Shown: positions 1 to 13,407 of the stretch, in pieces | Layout: every line of letters begins with the position of its first letter | Numbering within the stretch: the stretch's first letter is position 1 | Assembly (NCBI GenBank): GCA_965235115.1 | Contig: OZ249441.1 | Location: 12,028,001-12,092,000, forward strand | Length of the DNA: 64,000 nucleotides | Source: Laetmonice hystrix | Lineage: Eukaryota | Direction: 5' to 3' | Made by a program: the position numbers and the translations under genes | The notes under the pieces: model-generated | The model's database searches: none | The model's input: the letters and a program-made list of their open reading frames with translations, nothing else | What the model was told of the DNA's origin: nothing

Positions 1-119
1 TAACCGCAAGCAACTTGCGCAATCACCTCGAACGAATGCAGTTCCTGTTCGCTTTTACATCACAGTCCTTTTAAAGCGGCTGTTCCTGCCACAAATAACC
101 CGGATGTGAGTGGCATTTA

Positions 120-200
120 TCGTCTGTTTTATATTGGGACCGTACGTCGCCCCGTGGCATACACTCTACGGTGCGCTTTTTGACGTAGTGCTTCCGCGTC
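120..200 (-). promoter_or_regulatory. Candidate core promoter firing off the left edge of the window
   Basis: Minus-strand TATAAAA (133-127) with abutting CCAAT and TGACGT at 181-186, within a CpG-rich first ~0.9 kb. Confidence 0.25.
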
Positions 201-1282
201 CCGCGCAGACGATACACACCCTTTGGCGCCGCGATGATGAACGCCAACCCTTCAAAGGTTTTCTGCCCGATCCAGTCATGCCGACTAGCACCTTTGATAA
301 CCCACGAAGGTTGCCCAGTGACGGCGCCGACGCTCCATACGAATCCATCAATGCATTACAAGCGGCCTAATGATGAAGGGAGCGCGCCAAAAGTCACGGG
401 ATCCTGTAATTGCTTTCAGAAGAGTTGCCTACAACACGACCAAACAAAGCCTGCGGGAATGGAAGGCTCGGCGGGAGGGACTCGGGTCGAGGCCCGGCCA
501 GGAGTGCCTAATGGATCAGAGGCATTGATCGGCATGGGAGGGGTGTGGAGCTTGGGGAGGTGGCGGACAGCAGGGCCGGACAGCTCGGCCGGGCCCTGCC
601 GCCACAAGGCCGGCAAGCGGTAACGACCACACCGTCATCACCATCACAAGCCAATGGCGGAGCGATCACCGACATCACCACCACTACCCAGCATCACCCA
701 CCCACCGGCACCACCCACCGCCACCACCACTAGTAGCAGCAGCGCGCCACTGTCCCACCCCGTCACCCACCCAGCCTCGGTTGACACCATCATCGAACCG
801 CCGTCCTTTGTACGAGTGGCGGTTAGACCTTCTCTACGTTACACCATTTAACATGACAGGTACATTTTGTGTCGCCACTCGCTGGTGTCGCATCGCCTCA
901 CGGCAGGTCAATGATGAGGCGATCCTCGGTAGGCAAGGTCATCCCGAACAGATGGTAGAAGTTCCCAAGAGGTTGGCCAGCGTTTACAGACCTCAATCTT
1001 CCACCCCGACCGCCCTCCTCCCTGCCTTGGCTGATGGACACGATGACCGACCAATACTCCGATACCACTATCATCCCAATAACATTACCACCACCCGTCA
1101 CCACTCCACGCACCCATACAAGGACGCTCTGAACAGCTGCTCAGAAATTCAGTCAAATCTAGATTGTCCGGTACAAGAACATCCCATTTTAACGGCGGAA
1201 ACGTTAAGTTCCTGTTTAAACCCCCGACGTATTGGCCTTATCCTCTATTCCCAATTAACTTACAATAAGTCCAAAGAACTTC

Positions 1283-2300
1283 AGTAGTATACGATATAAG
1301 TGTCCAGTGGATCAGGATACACTGGACATCTAGATGTGTAAATTACAATAGGTACAAACAGACCTCGCAGCAGCCACTAAGTATTACCTGTTAGTAGTAT
1401 ACAGAGAGTGTCCCGTGGATCAGGATACACTGGACATCTAGATTACAATAGGTACAAACAGATCTCGCAGCAGTCACTAAGTCTTACCTGTTAGTAGTAT
1501 ACGAAGAGTGTCCCGTGGATCAGGATACATTGGACATAGAGATGTGTATATTACAATAGGTACAAACAGATCTCGCAGCAGCCACTAAGTCTTACCTGTT
1601 AGTAGTATACGAAGAGTGTCCAGTGGAGCAGGATACATTGGACATCTAGATGTGCAGATTACAATAGGTACAAACAGCTCTCGCAGCAGCCACTAAGTCT
1701 TACCTGTTAGTAGTATACGAAGAGTGTCCTGTGGATCAGGATACATTTGGACATCTAGATGTGTAAATTACAATAGGTACAAACAGATCTCGCAGCAGCC
1801 ACTAGGTCTTACCTGTTAGTAGTATACGATAAGTGTCCAGTGGATCAGGATACACTGGACATCTAGATTACAATAGGTACAAACAGATCTCGCAGCAGTC
1901 ACTAAGTCTTACCTGTTAGTAGTATACAGAGAGTGTCCCGTGGATCAGGATACACTGGACATCTAGATGTGTAAATTACAATAGGTACAAACAGATCTCG
2001 CAGCAGTCACTAAGTCTTACCTGTTAGTAGTATACGAAGAGTGTCCAGTGGATCAGGATACACTGGACATCTAGATGTGTAAATTACAATAGGTACAAAC
2101 AGATCTCGCAGCAGTCACTAAGTCTTACCTGTTAGTAGTATACAGAGAGTGTCCAGTGGATCAGGATACACTGGACATCTAGATGTGTAAATTACAATAG
2201 GTACAAACAGATCTCGCAGGAGCCACTAAGTCTTACCTGTTAGTAGTATACGAAGAGTGTTCAGTGGATCAGGACAGGTGGGCCATCCAGATGTGCAAAT
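1283..2300. repeat. Tandem array, 100-110 bp unit, ~9.5 copies
   Basis: GTAGTAT recurs at 1284, 1394, 1494, 1602, 1710, 1819, 1919, 2027, 2135 and 2243. Confidence 0.97.
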
Positions 2301-3779
2301 ATATGACATTTCTACAAGTAATGTGGCCACGTAATTTATGTATTCATGCATGATATAATGTGGGGTGATCATTTCATTCTTGAGCGAGTTGGAGATAATA
2401 CGGTCGTATTTATATGGCTGTGCATGCCTCAGCGACAGTACTGGCAGTTCGGGTGTATTTTTCCTGCCAGGTCCTGAATCTTGCCAAAGCCAGCGCAGAA
2501 ATAACCGTGAGACATGTTGGAGGCAGATAACTTGTCACAACGTGACGTGTTTCTCCAAGGTAACCAACGGGACGGTTGTTTCTATGCTGCCTGTCAACAG
2601 GGGATTAGGGGATAACAATAATCGATTCTTTGTTTCTCTGCTTTCAGAGCCCCTGGAAGACTTATTTCACTTGATTAAAGACCTAACGCGCTCCATTCTC
2701 TAATGAAATGTTGCCAACCGTCGTCGTGTTGTGCCTGCATGTTTACAGCAGCGAAAGACCCCACTCAGAGTCAAGTACATTGTCGAATCCACTAAGGCGA
2801 CTTTCCTTGCGACGGCCATACGATTTTTGATTTAATGGTGAAATTTCACTCTGTAAGTTTTCCTGGCTGGCCTTCCATGGAAATGGGTTCCAGCCTTTAA
2901 TCTCACAATCACACTAAAATAAAAGGGTGATGTCAAAATCGCATGGATGTCGCAAGGACAAGTGCCTTAGTGGATTCAACTCTTTGCTGACATGTAGCAT
3001 GTTTGAGGTTGTATCTTTCGTGGTGACTTATTTCTTCGCCGCTGTCGATCCATACTTTGTGTTGGTGCTACATTTGAGAGGTCAATCGATGTTCCTCAGA
3101 GTATATGATATTTTTCCCAGGATATATTTTGATGCCCATGATGTATGACGTATCTTGCGGCCGTCGACTGCTGAGTTTTGTGAAGCCGCCAAAGAGATCA
3201 GTGAGTGGGTTGGTATAGTTTTGTCCTCTTCCTGTGTCTTAGCCACAAACACATACATACACACCCACACATAGACTGTAATCCCTCAGGTGATCACGCC
3301 GGCCGGGCGGCACATGAAACTTGTATCGGCAAGCATCTCCAATATTTACCCACCAGTAATGCAAACTGACGCACGGCTAAGGATGCGTGAAATTCCCAGG
3401 GAACAGTATGAGTGAACCGTCTCCTGTGGTTGTCGCCCGCCCAGCCGGTGGCCGCCGCACGGGGCCCACCGACGACAGCCTGGGGTATTCAGGGCAGCGC
3501 CAAGCGACGAAAGTTCTCGCAAGAATTACTTCAGGTTGGGGAAATGCATAGAGTTAGAGGGGTTCCACCGAGAGGACAAATTCGGTCGGGCGAATGGCTT
3601 CCAACAATAAGTGTTTAGTGAACCCAGAGAGTGTGAGGACCACAGAGATGGTGGAGGCCGACAACATCATTTATATTGTACCAGGCTCCAACAGACCCCA
3701 AGGGGTATAAACGGAACATGCTGAGAGGGGTAGCAGTCCACGTTCTCGTTATGTTGGCTACCGACGACACCTACAAGAA

Positions 3780-3905
3780 TACCCCCACTCCACTCCCACC
3801 CACCCACCTATCCACAGGAACATCCACCCACCCACACAAATACCCCTACCCACCCCCAACCACCCACAGGAATACCCACACACCCACACAAATACCCACA
3901 CATCC
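3780..3905. repeat. C/A-rich low-complexity tract
   Basis: Degenerate CCCAC/CCCACAC repeats. Confidence 0.7.
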
Positions 3906-6900
3906 GCGCACGTGGTGGGTCCTTGGTTAGGCCCGGACCGCTCGAGTGCACGCAACTGTCTGCCCTCCCGTTGGGCCCTCAGCACAAAGCACGATACGTC
4001 ATCATTACAGTCAGGTCAGGACGGGCGTACACTGGGCCTGTGACCCAATGACCCCGACCACCGCTTTCTTCCACAGTAGAGTCTATGCACCAGGAGAAGC
4101 GACATTGAACCATAATTACTAACATCCAGTGGCAGGTACTGCCAGTGCAGGCACTGTGACGTGAACACAGCCATTTCGTTCAGACTTGGTCGACACCGAT
4201 CTGGTAGCGTTCCACACGCATATCGGGAGAACTCCCCCCCCCCCCATTTTTTTCTTTTCGAATCCCTTCCACACCTCCATACTTAATCGCATTAAATGGA
4301 TACAAACCTTTATCTCTAAGTGTATGTATGCATACATAGATGATATAATAAAGGTGATCCCCCTCACCAAGTACATGTATAGGACAAAGCCGTCATGGCG
4401 AAGCTAAGTCCCCTTGCATCGCAGACCTGTCTAGTTCTTGTTTGCTGTTCTGTAAGAACACCAGGAAAAGATTTATTTAAACTGTTACACAACTGTCACA
4501 GATTTGTAGCTCCTGTGTGACCGATCAACACTCCATGCATGGAATGTAGCGGCATACTGTTAGCTCTAGGTGACTGGTTCCAATACGACGAGTAGATCGT
4601 GAGTAGTATACGGGGAGTGGACTATGAATCAGGTAATTCGGTGGTCTAATCGTCCTTGAAGAATGAAGACACAGGACTATAATCGTGAACATAGACTTAC
4701 TAATAAACCAGGAGCCCATCGATCGCCATCCTACATCAGCACCAGTAAAAGGTCGGTCAATCGAATCACACTGATATTATAGTCTATGTGTCCGCTAGTT
4801 TATAAAAATAGGCTGCATCGATGGGTTCATGCTTCGGCCTGAGTGCAAACAGGAATAGCTCACCCCATTATAACTACAGGTATAGACTATACCCAGTATG
4901 TTTCCCTTGTTAATACGATTACTACAAACTACCATGCAGACTCTGTATTCTAGTATCGACAGTGCCCGCCTGTCCGGTGTTACTGGTGATATGACACACG
5001 TAATGTATGATCCCATTCAGCCGTGTACTCAGGGTGACTGCGGTGGACGGAACTATTCTAACTAATCATCGATCCTTGTCAGACCATTGTCGACGCTTGG
5101 GTCGGTGTATAGACCACAAACCCGACAGAGACCTGATGGGATTACAACTAACACGAAATACGTGTACCAATATTCGTTACATCTTCCAGCCCGGCAGGCA
5201 TTCTTCGCCCTATTTATACTTGTTGCTCGGAATACGGCGGCCATCAAAGCGGCCCAGAGTGTCCGGACGTGGCGGTGTGGTGTCAGTGTCCCCACTGAAC
5301 GTGCTGTGACATGGAGCCTCACAAGGCTTTCCGCTGTTCACCAAACACTCACTGACAGTCGGAATGGTCAGGCGCCAGTCCTGCTGCTCTAATACATTTT
5401 TACTGTCAACAGTCGAAGCGGTCACTTTCAGCTGGTCTCGCAGCGATGTGTGCAAACTATTCTCGGTCCAAATTGAACATGATATTGCTTTTAGAGGTCA
5501 ATATAGACGTCAGCGGTCAGATGTTGTCGTCGGGGTGGTTTCTGGGAAAGGTGACCACATACTTTCGATCAGCCCTCGGGGACACGTCGGTTGTTGTCAC
5601 GTGACTTCCTCCAAACTCGGCGGTTTATACGCCCACCGTCTACTGCTGCATATAGAGCTGATGGCCCATCAAATAGATATAATAGATCAACGCTGTTGTC
5701 CCATACTGACTATAAACCAGTGTACGGTCTGGACATCTACCGCCTTTCCCGAGTACACCCGGATAAATTCTGGGATTCCCGTTTACCAAAACAAAGTGTG
5801 AGATACTGTAACAATGTCACCCTATAAACAGTGCGACCTCTATCTAAGAATTTGGGCATTAATCTAGTGAAGCAGCCTGAATATGTCAAAAATGGTGTCC
5901 ATTGGCACAGAAACCTAAACGTCTCCATAAAACCAAACAGGATGGGGGGTTGGGGGGTTGGGGTTCTGCAGTATTTCTTACATTATGACTTGAGGTAAGC
6001 GTCAGCATCTCCAGGGCCGAGATGTGATTGTAAAGTATAGGACTCGGGATAAAAACTGTATGAACAAGTGAGATGTCAAGTAACGGTTCATAGGTAATTA
6101 AGGCTGAAATGATACTCTTTGTGCCACGATATGATACGTATCACATTATTCCTAATTAAACTAAAAAAAAGTAGCTAAAAACGAAACTGGTCTTGGTACT
6201 AGCGGGTCCAAGTCCTACCGTTCGAAGATCTGGCGTCTGGAGAACACACGATAACCCATTAAGAGACAACTGATTTGGAACCTTGCCGCAGATTGAGCCC
6301 ACTGACGGGGTACGGGTTCTATTGCTAGATCCCTTTAGAAGAGTTGTGTCCACTTATCGCCGAGTTACACGCTCACCTCTCCAAGTGGACACACCAACCG
6401 AACCGAACTCTTCGTACTGTCAGGTTTTCAACAGCGTCTGTTTCCAGACTACGACCGAACGTGGAGACCGGTGCCTCGCAGTTCTTTACACTACTCCGAC
6501 GGTGAGAGTTGCTGTATATAACCACCTACAGGTCGGGGACCATAGAATGGGTCTGTGTAACACCCAAACGTTCTGCTGAGAATTAAGCAAATTTCCGGTG
6601 AATTTTAAGTCCTAAAGTACCATAGGTCTGAGGTAAACAATAAAACTTAATTTTATACACATTTTGTATATCTGTAAAATTTGATTAAGAGGGAATAAAC
6701 AGATATTCTGAAAATCAAACAGCATAACTGCAAGGTCAGTGCCCTTTCCACATTGCAGTCACGTGTGCATGTCTTGAGAGACATTTGATATGCAAATTAG
6801 TGCTTTAGTAGCAGGGACAGGCTATTGTTATACGCCCATTTGCTCTGTCTTTTGTTCTTGCTTCAACCTGACGTCCAAAAGAAAAGCAAGCTGGTATAGT

Positions 6901-7627
6901 GCCCTCTCTGCCTTTCTCTATACTGGGCCTTTGTTATAACTCATGTACGATTTTCACCGTATACTTGAAATGTTGAAAACTGCATCCATGTCCGATATCA
7001 CGCAAACTGCCAGTGACCGTCTCGAATTGACTCCTGCCACACCACACACCATGGTCGTCTGCTCACTAAAAGCCCGCCATAATGACTCGACATTTCCCGC
7101 GTACACTTGGCGCCTACGCGGTCGTTGCCTCTAATCGGTGCCCTCCTTGTTTTCGTACTTGACACACGTTTGCCATTTCAGCGCTGGAGCCCCCAAGTGG
7201 GCGTTCGCGTGCCGAGCCGTATTTAGGCACGATTGGTCGACCTCACCTTCAATCAACCCCACAGCAAGCCTTGCCCCGCTGTCGTTAAATGCAATCACAT
7301 TTACAGTATTAAATGTAAAATTGATCGTAATAGACAACGTGAAATTGTTCCGGATAATAAATTCATGGCAAATGCACGCCAGTGTGCGGGTTCCGCTCAT
7401 GTCACAGATACCAGCCAGTGTTGGCCAATAAACATATTCAGTGGTGGAAAGCCACCTGTTGTAGAGTTATCTTCAGGAATCGCCCTTCTCTGACAGTCGG
7501 CCTATACCAGAATCATGGGCCCATTTAGCAATATTTTCTTTCTTTTTTGAATCTTAATCCATCCTGGTAGTTGTTGCGGGAGCGTTATTGATATTTCGAT
7601 CTTCATTTGTTTTCTTCCTCTTCTATT

Positions 7628-8820
7628 TCCCATCCTACCTGTCCCCTTTCCCTGTGATATCTCCCATACTACCTGTCCCCTTTCCCTGTGCTATCCCCAT
7701 CCTACCTGTCCCCTTTCCCTGTGTTATCTCCCATCGTACCTGTCCCCTTTCCCTGTGTTATCTCCATCCTACCTGTCCCCTTTCCCTGTGTTATCTCCCA
7801 TACTACCTGTCCCCTTTCCCTGTGTTATCTCCCATCCTACCTGTTCCCTTTCCCTGTGTTATCTCCATCCTACCTGTCCCCTTTCCCTGTGTTATCTCCC
7901 ATACTACCTGTCCCCTTTCCCTGTGTTATCTCCCATCCTACCTGTCCCCTTTCCCTGTGTTATCTCCCATCCTACCTGTCCCCTTTTCCTGTGTTATTTC
8001 CCATCCTACCTGTCCCCTTTCCCTGTGTTATCTTCCATCCTACCTGTCCCCTTTCCCTGTGTTATCTCCCATCCTACATGTCCCCCTGTGCTATCTCCCA
8101 TCCTACCTGTCCCCTTTCCCTGTGTTATCTCCCATCCTACCTGTCCCCTTTCCCTGTGTTATCTCTCATCCTACCTGTGCCCTTTCCCTGTGTTATCTCC
8201 CATCCTACATGTCCCCCTGTGTTATCTCCCATCCTACCCATCCCCTTTCCCTGTGTTATATCCCATCCTACCTCTCCCCTTTCCCTGTGTTATCTCCCAT
8301 CCTACCTGTCCCCCTGTGCTATCTCCCATCCTACCTGTCCCCTTTCCCTGTGTTATCTCCCATCCTACCTGTCCCCCTGTGCTATCTCCCATCCTACCTG
8401 TCCCCTTTCCCTGTGTTATCTCTCATCCTACCTGTCCCCTTTCCCTGTGTTATCTCCCATCCTACATGTCCCCCTGTGTTATCTCCCATCCTACCTGTCC
8501 CCCTGTGTTATCTCCCATCCTACATGTCCCCCTGTGTTATCTCCCATCCTACCTGTCCCCTTTCCCTGTTTGATCTCCCATCCTACCTGTCCCCTTTCCC
8601 TGTGTTATCTCCCGTCCTACCTGTCCCCTTTCCCTGTGTTATCTCCCATCCTACATGTCCCCCTGTGCTATCTCCCATCCTACCTGTCCCCTTTCCCTGT
8701 GTTATATCCCATCCTACCTGTCCCCTTTCCCTGTGTTATCTCCCATCCTACCTGTCCCCTTTCCCTGTGTTATCTCCCGTCCTACCTGTCCCCTTTCCCT
8801 CTGTTATCTCCCATCCTTGT
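7628..8820. repeat. Pyrimidine-rich minisatellite, 34-bp unit with a 28-bp deletion variant, ~36 copies
   Basis: Unit CTCCCATCCTACCTGTCCCC(TTTCCC)TGTGTTAT; explains the 272-421 aa repetitive ORFs. Confidence 0.97.
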
Positions 8821-9254
8821 TTAATCCCGCTCTGCCACTTCATCGAGCTTTGAATCGCATCAGTAGCACTGTTCGCCTGTGACGTATAACACGAAGCCAT
8901 CACGGAACCAATTCCTATAGATAAGCCCCTTATCAGATATTCCTGCCATAAACATTGTAACACGCTCGACTCGTACTGACTGCCAAGGCTGCGTCTATAC
9001 CCTATCGTCATTAACTTAGGGGGACGCGGATGATATGACGTCTGGGGCGGGGCGGGGCTGAGTGCCCCTCCCCCCCCCCCGACAGTGTCTGGTTGGGTGG
9101 AGATAGCGACCGGACGCTGGGACGAGCGCACCCTCCTCCCTCACTCCACTCCTCCCTCCCTCACTCCATCCTTTACTCCCTCCTGCCGCCAACTGTTGAC
9201 AAGTACCAATTAGCGGTCGTGTCAGTGTCGAGGCTAGGTCCCGTACCTAATGGC

Positions 9255-10203
9255 TGCTGGCTGGCTGGTCGGCCCCACACCCGGCCACCCACCACACAGA
9301 CCCTCTCCTCGTGTGCTGGCTGGCTGGTCGGCCCCACACCCGGCCACCCACCACACAGTCCCTCTCCTCGTGTACTGGCTGGCTGGTCGGCCCCAAACCC
9401 GGCCACCCACCACACAGACCCTCTCCTCGTGTGCTGGCTGGCTGGTCGGCCCCACACCCGGCCACCCACCACACAGTCCCTCTCCTCGTGTGCTGGCTGG
9501 CTGGTCGGCCCCACACCCGGCCACCCACCACACAGACCCTCTCCTCGTGTGCTGGCTGGCTGGTCGGCCCCACACCCGGCCACCCACCACACAGACCCTC
9601 TCCTCGTGTGCTGGCTGGCTGGTCGGCCCCACACCCGGCCACCCACCACACAGACCCTCTCCTCGTGTACTGGCTGGCTGGTCGGCCCCACACCCGGCCA
9701 CCCACCACACAGACCCTCTCCTCGTGTGCTGGCTGGCTGGTCGGCCCCACACCCGGCCACCCACCACACAGACCCTCTCCTCGTGTACTGGCTGGCTGGT
9801 CGGCCCCACACCCGGCCACCCACCACACAGACCCTCTCCTCGTGTACTGGCTGGCTGGTCGGCCCCACACCCGGCCACCCACCACACAGACCCTCTCCTC
9901 GTGTGCTGGCTGGCTGGTCGGCCCCACACCCGGCCACCCACCACACAGTCCCTCTCCTCGTGTACTGGCTGGCTGGCTGGTCGGCCCCACACCCGGCCAC
10001 CCACCACACAGACCCTCTCCTCGTGTGCTGGCTGGCTGGTCGGCCCCACACCCGGCCACCCACCACACAGACCCTCTCCTCGTGTGCTGGCTGGCTGGTC
10101 GGCCCCACACCCGGCCACCCACCACACAGACCCTCTCCTCGTGTACTGGCTGGCTGGCTGGTCGGCCCCACACCCGGCCACCCACCACACAGACCCTCTC
10201 CTC
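9255..10203. repeat. GC-rich minisatellite, 59-bp unit (63-bp variant), ~16 copies
   Basis: Unit GGCTGGCTGGTCGGCCCCACACCCGGCCACCCACCACACAGACCCTCTCCTCGTGTGCT. Confidence 0.97.
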
Positions 10204-10674
10204 GTTAGCCGTTTTAACTTTCTCTTCATTTATCTAATACATACTTAGATCCTGGCCCAGAGAAAGAACAGCTCGCACGTGTTAGATCATGTGGGCCTAC
10301 TGTACGAATGAATAGTCACCGGGTTGACAAGCCGCCGTGGTAGAGACGAGGTACGTCGGTACCATGTGGTGGTACTGACTCAGATGAAGGATGGACACAG
10401 AGCTGAGGTCAGCTTCATCTTAATTAAGGTCGAGTCTACGTGAAGTTTAACGTCCGGTTCTATATTGATATAGACAGATAGTTCACAGACCTCAGACGTA
10501 AAGCTCGCCTTCATGAACCAAGTGTAGTCTATGCGTCTGCTCAGGTTATACGGTCTACCGTTATGTATAGAAGCAGTACCATAACGAGTGAGATATCAAG
10601 AAACATACACGCCAACTTGATACGATCAAACATAAGCACTACACGAAATTCAAGTCGAGTCTTCAAAATATATA

Positions 10675-10688
10675 TTTATTGAAATAAA
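10675..10688. terminator. Back-to-back polyadenylation signals
   Basis: TTTATT (minus-strand AATAAA) at 10675-10680 and AATAAA at 10683-10688 in an AT-rich patch. Confidence 0.3.
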
Positions 10689-12331
10689 TATGTTTTGCAG
10701 TTTGCATAATATATGTGCACGATTTTATACAAAGATGTGACTGTGAACCAAAGATGGGAAGGTATGCGAGGCGGTCCTGGCCTCCATGTCGGTGCCAGCT
10801 GGTGCAATGTAAGCGACTCCTACACGTTCACGAACACTCAAACTGTCTACAGTCCACTCCGACACTCCTATCTAGTCTCACAGACCGTTACGCTATGACC
10901 CGCCTCCCATCCATGCATCATATAAATATGGGCACCAATCGGGGTTCTGTGCACTAACTGTGTTCTCTGGGATAACTGTCGGTTTGTGCCAGACTGACCT
11001 GTAAAATACCTCAATATGTGAACGATAGAGAGAAAACAAGAAACAACAGACATAATGCGGTACACAGCGAATTTCGATGAAATCTGATATCTTTATACCT
11101 TATTTGGTAATGATTACATAATGTAAAATATTGAAACAAAAATTAAACACCTGATGTGACCTAGAACTCCTTCATGGTATGGCACGGTATCACAGCGAAA
11201 TTACTCACATTACTGTGTGGTCCGACACATGGCAGAGCAGGGCTCAAGACGGCTTGGTCTTCAAACGACGGTTTCTCTTCATCCTCTCCAAGGTACAGAG
11301 TTACATCATAACTGTGCTTAGGAATTACATTTGGTCACAATTAGTTTTCATTATACGTTTTTAAGTCTTGCTTCCTAATGGGTCAAAGGAGTATTACAGC
11401 ATTATAAATATTATAAAGAGAAATTGATGGCATATCGCATATAGATCTGCTGCTATAATACAGTATGCTGATTGTTTTTTTTTAATCTGGTCTGACAATA
11501 ACTTGTCATGACTGACCCTGGTGTGAACGAGGTATGCATAGATACAGCTCGCTGTGAAATCGTGCCAGCCCTATTGACCCTCCACACACAACAGTTGTGC
11601 CGAATACAGCATTCAATTAAAATTCGCATCTAGAGATAGAGCTAATTAGCTAACAACTCCTTCATGGCAACAACACAGCGAGTGACCAAGGGTCTCACAG
11701 ACTCCTTGGGATCCCTCGTTGGTAATAATAATCACTAAAATTACATAGGCTTCATTTGATGAGGCACAATCTAATCAGTACTAAAACCATACCCTGTAGC
11801 GCAAGAAGCAGCAGCGATAGTCGACCCAACAGATGAATGACATAATTACATAATAATTAACTCCTTAATGTGAAGGTTATGGACCAGCTCAGTCAGCAGG
11901 TACAAAGGTCGCCGGCCTAGATGTACATCATTGTACATAGGCAGCGCAGTGCAGAAGCGTCCCGACGCCATAGTTTACAGCAATACTCGGTCTAAGTGCG
12001 TCTCCGTACCGACCTGTTCACACTCCTTCCTATACATCCAACCTACCCAACAACTTACTCCCTTTCCACTTGTTACACAGACTTTAAAATGTTATCGCTT
12101 TTAATTCACAATTACAGACGTAGATCAAATAGCAGTCGTCCCATTGTACCACTCCACGGACGGTACGGGTTCACAGTATCGACTAATATCATCTCTAGTA
12201 TTCCCTTCCCAGAAATTACACTCTTCGATTCAGGATGACCTCCAAATGTAGGCAGCTTTCTCTCACCAAACCTTTCTCACCCTGATCCACCTGTAAAGGT
12301 CTCTGCAGTTTGTAAAACCATTTCACGAAAA

Positions 12332-12713
12332 CACGTGACGTCAGGACAACCAATCAAGAGATCTTACTACAGTATACTTAAAGGTCACTATGCATTTTGA
12401 AGGTCACTAGGCTTGTATAAATCACGTCTAGGCATTAACCAACGCAACTGTGCAGAACCCAAGCTAGGGCCCTGTCTGAGAAAGATCTTCGTTTAGCGAC
12501 ATTGGTAACTTTTATTGAAACAAATGGGGGTCTGGGGGACCAATCGTTAAGGAAATCGTTATATGCGAATCCCTGCGTTACCGTTCCTGTGGGGTCAGCG
12601 ATGTCGTAAACTTCACATGAGAAGGTCATTTGAAGGTCACGGTATTTGTATCAGTACCTTAAGGTCGCCTCAACCAATAACACACGTTACATCACATAGA
12701 AGAATCACGTGAC
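12332..12713. promoter_or_regulatory. Two E-box/CCAAT modules
   Basis: CACGTGACGTCA 12332-12343 with CCAAT 12350; CCAAT 12674 with TCACGTGAC 12705-12713; several GAAGGTCA half-sites between them. Confidence 0.3.
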
Positions 12714-13407
12714 CTCTCACTAGACAGTGTGTATAATAAGGCCAATGTTACCGTTGTCAGAGTGATATGATCGAGTCGCAGGAAACAGCCTAATCCTCAT
12801 GACACGCACATCTCAGACTCAAATAAAAATAGAAAGAAACGGGGATATTAGTGTACCTCAATTGGTACCAGTTTCAACAGCATGTACAAAACCTGATGCC
12901 TTGTACTTCCAATCTATATTGTCAGATACGTACAACGCAGCCGTATAGATATAATACATCTTATGTACATTCATAACGTATAGTTTTATGTATGGTTAGG
13001 GACATGGTTCTGTTTTGACCGGTAAGAATACATTTGGTAGATTGTGTGTATAGGCTGTGATGGGAACCCGACTAGTGCTGGGAACCGTATTCCCAGTTCA
13101 CAGATACTGTTAGGGCCTGAGGGGGAGGAGTAGCCCCTGTCCTCTACATAACAATAACTCGGTATCTGTCTTCAAAACCTCAATAAACCCCAAGGTGGGT
13201 TTGACAAGCATCACCAGAGGGTCTGAGTGGTTTACAGTGTATTCCAAATACTCTGGACGTCGTGCCTTGCATTGACTATCTGCGAGATCCCCTACATCAG
13301 ACCCGTCCACCTTGGAGACATCTCGTTGATGGATGAGTATGTAATACACATAAAGGAAACAAGACTTGGTATGCCTTAGGTTTAATGGTTGACTAATTCC
13401 GGTCAAG

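Noticed and set aside
234-851. Same-frame ORFs 234-623 and 624-851 separated by one TAA (possible read-through)
   Set aside because: GC-rich low-complexity DNA makes long frames common; no recognisable domain, and TAA-C is a weak read-through context
781-1287. 168-aa ORF as a retroelement gag
   Set aside because: No ATG at the start, no zinc knuckle, RT, integrase or LTR nearby
5210-5830. Protein-like fragments on both strands (QQDWRL; RKYVVTFPRNH; DYKPVYGLDIY)
   Set aside because: Short resemblances interrupted by stops, with no coherent exon chain; would need blastx
6240-6320. tRNA/SINE-like A and B boxes on the minus strand
   Set aside because: Poor box matches; no cloverleaf, tail or target duplication
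7588-8853. 272-421 aa ORFs
   Set aside because: Translations of the 34/28-bp minisatellite; open in all plus frames only because the unit lacks stops
9093-10248. Six overlapping 300+ aa ORFs as genes
   Set aside because: Cyclic translation of a 59-bp stop-free unit
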